64,000 bases of DNA from a virus: positions 11,142 through 75,141 of IMG/VR virus record IMGVR_UViG_3300020377_000001. One strand, written 5' to 3'. The notes beneath the pieces were generated by a model. That model saw only the letters and a list, made by a program, of their open reading frames with translations. It was not told where the DNA came from and made no database searches. Of the stretch, positions 9,927 to 17,601 are shown piece by piece; the first letter of the stretch is position 1; each line of letters starts with the position of its first letter. Position numbers and translations under genes: made by a program.

Positions 9927-10150
9927 TGGTCTACCCTGCTTTCAATCTCGTGAACAACCTCACCAGAATCATGTGACCATGCCACCACGCGCAGTGCGCC
10001 ATCCGCGTAATAGACACCGAACCGCTCAACGCCGTCGTCGTCCATGATCACCAGGGCGCCACCCTGCATCTCAATGGAGATGTCTGCACAGTCAACAGTG
10101 CCATCCCCGTTTGCGTCGTCACTAAGCCTTAAATCAATTCGCTGAATCAT
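9923..10150 (-). CDS. Hypothetical protein
   Basis: Start MIQRID, ATGA-coupled. Confidence 0.5.
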   Translation of the reverse strand: MIQRIDLRLSDDANGDGTVDCADISIEMQGGALVIMDDDGVERFGVYYADGALRVVAWSHDSGEVVHEIESRVDQ

Positions 10151-10278
10151 CGCGCACCCCCAGTCATTTTTTCTAGCCATTCGTTTGCCTCAACCTTGCA
10201 GACAAAGAGTCTGATCAGCTGATCGTTCCATAACCCCAACCAGCACTGATTTATCTCTGAGTACTTAACACTAATCAT
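10147..10278 (-). CDS. Small hypothetical protein (43 aa, not in ORF track)
   Basis: Manual translation MISVKYSEINQCWLGLWNDQLIRLF...; ATGA overlaps at both ends; RBS GAAAGGG. Confidence 0.5.
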   Translation of the reverse strand: MISVKYSEINQCWLGLWNDQLIRLFVCKVEANEWLEKMTGGAR

Positions 10279-10445
10279 GAGTAGTCCCTTTCAATGTAGG
10301 CCCAAACCTGGCCCATTTTGACCTCGCCGTGCTCGCAGGCAAGATCGTATGCCATCCTGTCTATCTCGTCTTTACAATCCTCTCGACTCCGAGCGACATA
10401 CTCTACGGTCGAGTTTAAGTTGAAGTTAACAATCACCACTTTCAT
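10275..10445 (-). CDS. Small hypothetical protein (56 aa, not in ORF track)
   Basis: Manual translation MKVVIVNFNLNSTVEYVARS...; RBS GGAGCA; follows motif copy 10460-10490. Confidence 0.5.
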   Translation of the reverse strand: MKVVIVNFNLNSTVEYVARSREDCKDEIDRMAYDLACEHGEVKMGQVWAYIERDYS

Positions 10446-10508
10446 ATCTGCTCCAATGCTCTATAAAGGTTTTTTAATCTTGACGTAATTAAGCTAACCG
10501 CAACATAA

Positions 10509-10862
10509 CTATACACTTCTCTGAATTGACTTGATTTGGTACACCACCGTGTACTCGAAGTCACAAGACGTACAGAATAATTGAGAATAAAACAGGGTAA
10601 GGCCGGCACAGTACCGTTCACCATCTGCCTCGATATTATCGCACCCACACTTTGGGCACGTACTTAACGCTCTATGAATAAGAGATTGCTCGTCTGTGGT
10701 CCTCTCAACCACTTTGACCACATTACGATTCTTGGATTTCAGGTGAGCGACGGTCTGATCACGAAAGTCATCGCCCCAGACCTCATCCACAACCGTGTAC
10801 CCATCGGCACCCTGGTGATAAACCGCGTAGCTTTTCTGTCTCTCTTCTATCTGATAGCTCAT
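10509..10862 (-). CDS. Hypothetical Zn-ribbon protein, first gene of the leftward block
   Basis: CPKCG...CTSC; start MSYQIE after GAAAGGTG. Confidence 0.55.
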   Translation of the reverse strand: MSYQIEERQKSYAVYHQGADGYTVVDEVWGDDFRDQTVAHLKSKNRNVVKVVERTTDEQSLIHRALSTCPKCGCDNIEADGERYCAGLTLFYSQLFCTSCDFEYTVVYQIKSIQRSV

Positions 10863-11007
10863 TCTGCCACCTTTCATTTTGCTCTCGGAAGTTCCAGAGC
10901 CGTTTTTGAGATCTGACGTAATCGCCGATCCCCAGGAAAAGTTTTTTCACTCTAGCCGCCCAAGTTCCACAAAGGTTTTTGGGATCGGCCGTAATTTCAC
11001 CCCCTAT

Positions 11008-11040
11008 ACGCGGGCGGGCGCACGCCCGCATCACCCGCGT
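11008..11040. other. GC-rich hairpin
   Basis: ACGCGGG...CCCGCGT enclosing CGGGCG/CGCCCG. Confidence 0.5.
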
Positions 11041-11118
11041 CATGAGGAAATTTTCGGCACTGCTCAAATGTTCAGCAATGAACGGATGTTCAGCACCAAC
11101 TATTTGCCCACATGAGAC

Positions 11119-11215
11119 CACATCGGATCACATTGTTGCCTCGAGAACCTACACGGGATCACATCGGATCACATTGTCGCCTCGAGCACCTACACAGGAT
11201 CACACAGGATCACAC
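11119..11215 (+). repeat. Two 41-bp tandem repeats plus GGATCACA sub-repeats
   Basis: CACATCGGATCACATTGTYGCCTCGAGMACCTACACRGGAT at 11119-11159 and 11160-11200, then CACACAGGATCACAC. Confidence 0.9.
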
Positions 11216-11529
11216 TATGGCACCGTGTAAGCGCACCGCCTACACACATGGCACCATTGCCACTATCTAAGGCTATTGGGTACGACCAAGGCGATCCAGT
11301 GCTCTACGGTGGCCAATATGTGAACAAAAGGCGCCCCACCTAGTAGAAAAATGTGATTTTTTTTAAGGTACTTTTATTAGTAAAAAGCCAATGATTGCAA
11401 ACACTTAGAGTCCGTCGCTCTGTTTCTGTTGTTTGTTTTTGTGATCATGTGGGTTGTGTTCCGTTGTTTATGGTGTACCATGTAGGGGTAACCGCTGGAG
11501 AGTTACGGAACAAAACGAAGGGAAATCAA

Positions 11530-11751
11530 ATGTTGGCACTTTTCACAATAATCGGAGCTTTCGCAGTAGTCGCCACCATCGGCGCCACCATCGGGACCAA
11601 GGGCCGACAGGTTGACGTTGGATGTACTCGACTGGTTGCGGACGAAGTCATCACGCTAACCGACGCCGAGATCTACCACCTACTAGACGACACCCAAGAA
11701 ATCGACGCAATCACCGACACACAAGAGATCACAGCTTTGGGAGGTTTCTAG
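11530..11751 (+). CDS. Small membrane-anchored protein
   Basis: Hydrophobic N-terminus MLALFTIIGAFAVVATIG; RBS AAGGG; DTQEI repeated twice. Confidence 0.55.
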   Translation: MLALFTIIGAFAVVATIGATIGTKGRQVDVGCTRLVADEVITLTDAEIYHLLDDTQEIDAITDTQEITALGGF

Positions 11752-11755
11752 ACCG

Positions 11756-11851
11756 ATGTTTAAAGATCTTGTTTTAGCTTTCATCATTTTGTCGTTGGTC
11801 GTCATGGCTGACGGAATTGTCAACGCATTGCTTGGGGGACCTATCCAATGA
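11756..11851 (+). CDS. Small single-TM protein (31 aa, not in ORF track)
   Basis: MFKDLVLAFIILSLVVMADGIVNALLGGPIQ; RBS GGAGG; ATGA overlap with next gene. Confidence 0.55.
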   Translation: MFKDLVLAFIILSLVVMADGIVNALLGGPIQ

Positions 11852-12183
11852 ACACCGCACAGACCACCACACCGCCCGCGCGACGTATTGCGCAGATTTT
11901 GAAGGGTTCAGCATTGATCGCCCTTGGGCCTTTCATTCTTGTCGCTTGTCCCGAAAACATCACGGCCGCGGCCCTAACCTTTTTAGGCTGCACCATTGTC
12001 TTCATCTTGATCGATCTGGTTTTCGGTGGAGATCTAAACCACGCGATTCGGACCCGATACGCTACCCAGATCGCCAAGGTTAAGAAGGCGCTAGGAGACT
12101 CAGACTTCCATGCACTAATCACACTTCCGGCCGTATGCCTGGCCGGCTTCATCATCATGACCGTTTTCGCGGTCTCACAATAG
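11848..12183 (+). CDS. Membrane protein (about 3 TM segments)
   Basis: Three hydrophobic stretches. Confidence 0.6.
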   Translation: MNTAQTTTPPARRIAQILKGSALIALGPFILVACPENITAAALTFLGCTIVFILIDLVFGGDLNHAIRTRYATQIAKVKKALGDSDFHALITLPAVCLAGFIIMTVFAVSQ

Positions 12184-12195
12184 GAGCACACAACC

Positions 12196-12693
12196 ATGAA
12201 CAAAGTAATTCAGACACAGGCGCCAGTCGGAGAGATAACCAGCGCGGGACACCGTCGCTTTTTAGTCGGTGAACTACTCAGCGCATTGATCAAGATTGAT
12301 GATCGATGCCACCACAGAAACGACAAGATCGACGAAACGGCCGCGATCTTTGCTGAGGCCGCCGCATGGGGGATTGAATACGATCTGGTGCTTGCCTATG
12401 GCCGAGCCATGGCAGACCAGGCGAAAGAGGACGCACGCCGACACATGCCCAGGACCGAGATTAACGGCATGCCGATCGTAGAGATGCGAAGAATCACAGA
12501 GGGACAGTGGATCTGTGCCGTTGACCGTTCGACCGTCAAAGATGTCTGTCACCCTAGATGGAGAGAAGGGGGCCGGACTTTCTGCGTCGTTAAGTGGGAC
12601 GGGATCGGAGACTCTTGGCACTATGCGATCGAGTATGACTTAACGCGAGACGAAGCGGTCAAGCTACTAAGGGAAAGGGTAGAAACAAGATGA
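12196..12693 (+). CDS. Hypothetical protein
   Basis: RBS AGGAGCA; operon context. Confidence 0.6.
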   Translation: MNKVIQTQAPVGEITSAGHRRFLVGELLSALIKIDDRCHHRNDKIDETAAIFAEAAAWGIEYDLVLAYGRAMADQAKEDARRHMPRTEINGMPIVEMRRITEGQWICAVDRSTVKDVCHPRWREGGRTFCVVKWDGIGDSWHYAIEYDLTRDEAVKLLRERVETR

Positions 12694-13007
12694 GCAGTTT
12701 ATATCGCTTCGAATATATCGTTGATAGTCGGCACGCCTGGTTGAAAGTCCGCGCGGACCTGCTAGATCGTCTCGGTATCGCTTCGCAGATCTCGAACTGT
12801 TCAAGAGTTTCACACGCTGAACGATGGATCTACCTGGACAAGACCACCGACGCGCCGACTTTCGATCGGGCGCTTCGAACTCTTCTAGGTCTCAATGAGT
12901 CGCAATATCTCGAATTTATGCGAGAGCGCACCCAGCTAAAGACGCCCGCGAAAGCGAGCCTTCGAAATTATGACCGCTACACCACCGCCGAAAGGATCAC
13001 AAAATGA
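12690..13007 (+). CDS. Conserved hypothetical phage early protein
   Basis: DSRHAWLKV...LGIASQIS...IYLD..DA..F resembles the D-x-x-HGWL-x-V family. Confidence 0.6.
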   Translation: MSSLYRFEYIVDSRHAWLKVRADLLDRLGIASQISNCSRVSHAERWIYLDKTTDAPTFDRALRTLLGLNESQYLEFMRERTQLKTPAKASLRNYDRYTTAERITK

Positions 13008-13948
13008 AGAAGGCACCGAAGAAGGGGATCAAAATTCCGGTCATCCTCGACAAGTGGGCCACCAGTAGAGCCCGCGCAACTCAGCAGCTTGACGGAACAT
13101 TCCAAGTGACGAAGATCGATCGGAAGACAAAGAAAGAGATCACGTACACGCAGAAGCCGAGCGATGCGACGATCTCAACCTGTACCGATAGCAGCGGGAA
13201 CGCAAAGCTGCGAAAAACGCTTGCCATCCTTCGCGATGTTTACGGATGGATTGACCCGGTGATCGGATCGTTTGCCTTGCCCGCGTACAGTGACGGCAAC
13301 GGGGGAAAGATCTGTCACGGGGCGTCAGACTGTTTGGTATACTGCTATGCGATGCAAACTAGATACGTCATGCCCCAGGCAAGCGATCTCAGATTCCGCA
13401 ACTTGATCACGCTAGAACGCGCCCAGGAACGCGGCGGAGTTGAAGCTATGACCGCCGAGCTAGTGAGAATTTTCAAGCACTGGATCAAATACAAGACGGG
13501 GCGATCGCGGAATATCGCGCTCCGCTTGCACGACTCAGGCGATTTTTTCAGTCAAGACTATGTCGACGCCATGGCCGCAGCGGTCACCCAGGTGAGGCAA
13601 TGGGCACGCGATGAAATGGGAATCACTCGGTTTGTTCCGTACGCCTACACAAAAAGCCTACACCTCAACCTTGAGCCACTTTGGAACGCAGGCGTCCAGC
13701 TTGTCCAAAGTCACGGCGGAAAGTTTGACAAGCTGATCGACCCACGGAAACCGATTGCACAGGTGGCAGGCAAGGGCCAGCCGATGCCGAAGGGATGGAA
13801 AAGCGGAAACAGTGACGAGCACCTAGAATGCCTAGCCATCACAGGCTACCCGCGGATCTGGTTACCGTACCACGGCAACCACTCAGAACCTAAATCCTTA
13901 ACGGCTCGCCGCGTTGAATTATTCCAAATCACCGAAAGGAGCGCATAA
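13004..13948 (+). CDS. GP88-family protein (Cys-cluster, radical-SAM-like)
   Basis: GNAKL, FALPA, C-x5-C-x3-CYA, RLHDSGDFFS, YAYTKS. Confidence 0.8.
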   Translation: MKKAPKKGIKIPVILDKWATSRARATQQLDGTFQVTKIDRKTKKEITYTQKPSDATISTCTDSSGNAKLRKTLAILRDVYGWIDPVIGSFALPAYSDGNGGKICHGASDCLVYCYAMQTRYVMPQASDLRFRNLITLERAQERGGVEAMTAELVRIFKHWIKYKTGRSRNIALRLHDSGDFFSQDYVDAMAAAVTQVRQWARDEMGITRFVPYAYTKSLHLNLEPLWNAGVQLVQSHGGKFDKLIDPRKPIAQVAGKGQPMPKGWKSGNSDEHLECLAITGYPRIWLPYHGNHSEPKSLTARRVELFQITERSA

Positions 13949-13949
13949 G

Positions 13950-14174
13950 ATGAACCGCGAACAAACCAGGATCGAAAATTATGGCCGGTGTGTGGCTGAA
14001 CTTATCCAAGCCCAGCGCCGAGCATACGAAAATGGCCGGTTTACCTTCGAAGAGATGCGGAAAGCAAACCTCGCGATTTGGAAGGGCGCCGAGGAGATAG
14101 ATCCAAGAATCACCGATCGGGCCGTTCAGTTGATCGGCGAGTATCGATGCACACGGACGGAGGCTATCAAGTGA
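13950..14174 (+). CDS. Hypothetical protein
   Basis: Start MNREQ after AAGGAG. Confidence 0.55.
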   Translation: MNREQTRIENYGRCVAELIQAQRRAYENGRFTFEEMRKANLAIWKGAEEIDPRITDRAVQLIGEYRCTRTEAIK

Positions 14175-14428
14175 AATTCTACATTCTTTACGGCAAAGGG
14201 CCGACACATAAGCAATTCAGGCCGATCGACTGTACAACGGGAAAACGGGAGATCAATTTCCTAAACGTCACCGTGTTCGATGAAAACGAAGCCCAGGCCG
14301 TCCGCGAAGACTTCGGCCAGATGCACGCAGAAAACCCCGGGTGGTGTTTTGAGTTACGGCATCGGTTCAGCATGGACGAAAAGAAACTAGATGAAGCGGT
14401 GCAAACCGTGAAGGAGCGCAACAAATGA
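14171..14428 (+). CDS. Hypothetical protein
   Basis: GTG start after GGAGG, GTGA overlap. Confidence 0.5.
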   Translation: MKFYILYGKGPTHKQFRPIDCTTGKREINFLNVTVFDENEAQAVREDFGQMHAENPGWCFELRHRFSMDEKKLDEAVQTVKERNK

Positions 14429-14682
14429 ACACCACAACCAAACCACAACCGCGAATCGTTCGCGCTTATTACGTCGCACGCTATCGGCTCGCAGCCTGGA
14501 TCGCCTCATGGGCTTTTGTTCAGCTTGTCACAGACTTGGCGATCGAGAAGGTGACCGAAGACCAAGACGATCGGATCGTTGAGTGTGAAGAAGCGATCGA
14601 ACAATGGGATGACCGACTGACCGCAGTTGAAGAACTAGCCGAAGCAAACGATCGGACTTTGGACGAGATGGCCAACGGTTGA
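14425..14682 (+). CDS. Hypothetical protein with acidic coiled coil
   Basis: RBS AAGGAG; last gene before a terminator. Confidence 0.55.
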   Translation: MNTTTKPQPRIVRAYYVARYRLAAWIASWAFVQLVTDLAIEKVTEDQDDRIVECEEAIEQWDDRLTAVEELAEANDRTLDEMANG

Positions 14683-14707
14683 CCCAGGACCACCACCAAG
14701 CAAACGA

Positions 14708-14731
14708 GCCGGCCACATGGTCGGTTTTTTT
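14708..14731 (+). terminator. Intrinsic terminator
   Basis: GCCGGCC-ACAT-GGTCGGT with the final T starting a T7 run. Confidence 0.75.
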
Positions 14732-15811
14732 GTGTCTACCGTTCGACAATTCAACACGGCCTCGAGGACCGCAGACACACCAACACACCACACAGCAGAC
14801 GAAGCCGAGATCGGCGATTTAAGCGACGCAAAGCAAAAGCACCACCGCAGACACGCAAAGACAGCCGAAACGGCAGCAGACGCCAAGCACGGCACACACA
14901 CGGACAAACGAACCACCGACCACCGACGCAAGATCAAACGATGCACTCGGAGCGATTGAGCCCAGGACCACGATCCACGGTTCGAGCTGAGTAGGAGACC
15001 GCGCCCCGATGCACTCGGAGAAGGTGACCACGGGTTACCATCGACCGGCGAAGACCACCACTACCGATCGCGATTGCTCGCCACTGGTACACATTGCCAC
15101 GTCTATCGATTGATCCAAACTTGATCCCTTTGCAAGGTGAACACGTACCGAGAACAAGGCCCACAGATACCCAGTAGAGCCCGAAAACGACCGTATAAGC
15201 GATTGAATACCACTAAAGGCTAGCCCAGGACCTAAAGAGACCACAGCGGAGCATAGGCGCCCAATGTGCAAACCTTCGCGGGATATGCTGGCGGACTGGT
15301 TGAGGTTTGGCGGATGTGTCGGGTTTGGTTTGGGGTTATTGTGGGTTTGATGGATGGCAGCGGAAGGCCGATCGAGGCTGCCGAGGTAACCGCCCTTTAG
15401 TGGGTCACCGCCTCGGAGAGTATCGGCACAGCCTCGGAGATTGTCGGAGACTGTGAACGGATGCCCAGTTTATCGGGTTGGATGGTGCTTTGTTTCGCAT
15501 ATCGTAAACAACCGACCGATCGGTTACTGGTGAAGCCTACCCTATACGCACACAATCAGGCACCCCGTGGGGACTGGAAAGGGGTTTTAACATAGCGGAC
15601 AACCCCCATGACAGCGAGATCTGAAAATTGGATTCCAATGCACTGTTATGAACCAAATGCCAGCCTTCTGAGCGACGTTATGACCCAAACATGAGCCGAT
15701 GTATAGGTTCACCTATCTAAATTGAATACAGAGGAGTTCTCAGCCTTCTAAGGTGATTTGTGTCACCTAGTTTTGGCTACCTTCTTTGTCGAGCTCTAAA
15801 TATATCTTGAT

Positions 15812-15890
15812 TGGAAAGTAGGGAGTCCCCATGAAAGGACCAACAAACCTGAGGACTCCCAATGTCACAACGGAGCAGTTGATGACTCAC
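15812..15890 (-). ncRNA. Candidate two-hairpin sRNA with anti-Shine-Dalgarno loops
   Basis: Hairpin 1 GUCAUCAAC-UGCUCC-GUUGUGAC; hairpin 2 GGGAGUCCUCA-GGUUUGUUGGUCCUUUCA-UGGGGACUCCC followed by UACUUU; upstream TTGAAA-N16-TACAAC. Confidence 0.5.
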
Positions 15891-15974
15891 TCAGTTGTAC
15901 CAGCAAATCAGATTCTTTCAACCAATCAATTCTGAGCCCCATCTCGATTGAGCACTGAAGGGGGGTTTGGGGGG

Positions 15975-16100
15975 TAGTAATGTTTAGTAGTTTTTTAAGT
16001 AATAGATTTAGAGAGTATACACCTAATTGGTTTACTTAGTTATAAACAACTAAGTTAGTTATATATATATATATATATTATTATACTAATTAGTTAGGGG
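15975..16100. other. AT-rich origin-like tract
   Basis: (TA)n run, ACTTAGTT/AACTAAGT inverted repeat, flanking G runs. Confidence 0.4.
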
Positions 16101-16210
16101 CGCTAAGTGTCTGAAAGCAAAGGGGAATACGCTCAGTATCTATTAAATGGATACAGGATGCAAAAGGATTGAATACAGGATCAATTCTTTCCTCAAGTGA
16201 TTACAGGTGC

Positions 16211-16717
16211 TTACGCTATCTGGATGCCGATTTGTAGCCATTGATTACAATCGGGGTTTTTGGGCATAAATTTAGGATCAAGTCGCCGCTTTTCGGACTC
16301 TGTTATGAGTCGGAGGTTTTTGCGTTCGAGAGCATACTCGAGCTCATCGACAGACTTGGCTCCGATGCCCGGTTTCTCGAGCAACTCACGTCTTGTAAAT
16401 TGAACGACGTCTCGGACCTTGCCTGCCTGTATGCACGTCGCAATTCGGTTTGCGGTCTTGGTGCTGATTTCGAGTCGATGGATTCCGCTTTCAAGGATTG
16501 AGTCTTTGTCAATTCCTCGAACATTCGCTTCAAAGGTTCTGCCGTTGGGCGACATTCCTGTAATCTTCGATTTGGCTGCGTGATAGTTCAACTTCAAAAC
16601 TTCAGATCCGTCCTCAGAGTAGAAAATGAGCCCCTCACCAGTTTGCTGCCCATAGCAAACGAGCTCTTCACTCGTTAAGGGATCAAAGACAGTAATTGTC
16701 TGTGTCGGCCTCGTCAT
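16211..16717 (-). CDS. Protein with RNA polymerase alpha-subunit C-terminal domain
   Basis: IHRLEISTKTANRI...VRDVVQFTRRELLEKPGIGAKSVDELEYALERKNLRL aligns with alphaCTD VDDLELTVRSANCL...[37 protein letters not shown]. Confidence 0.8.
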   Translation of the reverse strand: MTRPTQTITVFDPLTSEELVCYGQQTGEGLIFYSEDGSEVLKLNYHAAKSKITGMSPNGRTFEANVRGIDKDSILESGIHRLEISTKTANRIATCIQAGKVRDVVQFTRRELLEKPGIGAKSVDELEYALERKNLRLITESEKRRLDPKFMPKNPDCNQWLQIGIQIA

Positions 16718-16883
16718 CGGTCGTTCGTCTCAAAATGTTTTTGGATTAACCGATTATAGGCATGGTTATGCTCAGTTTTGGAAAAAAAGGCGCATTTTGG
16801 GGACATGGTTGTGATAAAAACAAAAAAATCCCACTTTTCGCGGACGCATGATATCGGTATTTGTTTTACTTAAAGGAGTTTAA

Positions 16884-17528
16884 GTGTCTTTTGAAATTAG
16901 ATCGATAACCAGAACCGAGGCTTTGCCGTTATTTCAAAGGTATCACGGGTATAAGTCAATGGGGGGCGTCTGTACATATCTATTCGGAGTATTAGAGCGC
17001 GGTTCTGTTGTCGCTGCGTTCGCCTGGCAGCCTCCAGCGGCAGGTTGTGCCAGATCTGTGCTTCCTGATGCCAGTTACGGTGTTTTATGCTTATCTAGAA
17101 TGGTGGCTGTCCCAAAGGAAGAGCGTAATCTACGACACCTGTCAAAGCCTCTGCGATTTCAAGTGCGAAATTTAATAGATAGGGGGCGATGGCCTGCTTT
17201 GGTCACATTCTCAGATGAAGGCTTGGGGCACACAGGGCACGTATACAAGTGCTCTGGATGGAAAAAAACCTCTCGAAAGAAGCGCTCACAGTTCATGGAC
17301 AAAGAAGGCAGAAGGACTGCACCGTATAGTGACGGAAAAAAGGTAGAAGGGCTGATTAAGGTAGGGGCAGCCTATATTCAGCGGTGGGAGAAGCATGCTG
17401 TTCCACCTGAAGAGGCTGCAGGCTGGATTGAGGCAAACGGTTGGCGGCGTGAAGCGATCCCAGGAAAGTTCTGGTCATCAGGCAACCAGGCTTATCGGAT
17501 GTCAAAACAGCAATCCATGCCATTTTAG
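16884..17528 (+). CDS. Mom-family (GNAT-fold) DNA adenine modification protein
   Basis: IRSITRTEA...YHGY, CLSRMV, LVTFSDEGLGHTGHVYKCSGW; RBS AAAGGAG. Confidence 0.7.
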   Translation: MSFEIRSITRTEALPLFQRYHGYKSMGGVCTYLFGVLERGSVVAAFAWQPPAAGCARSVLPDASYGVLCLSRMVAVPKEERNLRHLSKPLRFQVRNLIDRGRWPALVTFSDEGLGHTGHVYKCSGWKKTSRKKRSQFMDKEGRRTAPYSDGKKVEGLIKVGAAYIQRWEKHAVPPEEAAGWIEANGWRREAIPGKFWSSGNQAYRMSKQQSMPF

Positions 17529-17601
17529 CCTCTTGGAATCATTAGGAAAATCCGATCGAGTGTGGCATACAGATTCTTGTGCCGCTACAGAAAGGACCGA
17601 C

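Larger units (their letters stand above)
2535..10996 (-). repeat. Dispersed co-oriented 31-bp motif AATTACG-N9-RAAAACCTT-N4-GA
   Basis: Copies at 2535-2565, 7816-7846, 8259-8289, 9069-9099, 9708-9738, 10460-10490, 10893-10923, 10966-10996; partial copy at 5079-5109. Confidence 0.9.

Noticed and set aside
7816-10996. CRISPR or integron attC interpretation of the 31-bp motif
   Set aside because: Spacing is irregular and gene-sized, the motif centre is variable and non-palindromic, and no cas or tyrosine integrase is present
11119-11215. Mini-CRISPR array
   Set aside because: Units are contiguous tandem copies without unique spacers
14528-15271. ORFs in the A/C-rich tract
   Set aside because: Low-complexity translations, no RBS, downstream of a terminator
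17395-17601. N-terminal extension of Dam
   Set aside because: Overlaps the Mom-like gene; strong RBS precedes ATG 17602
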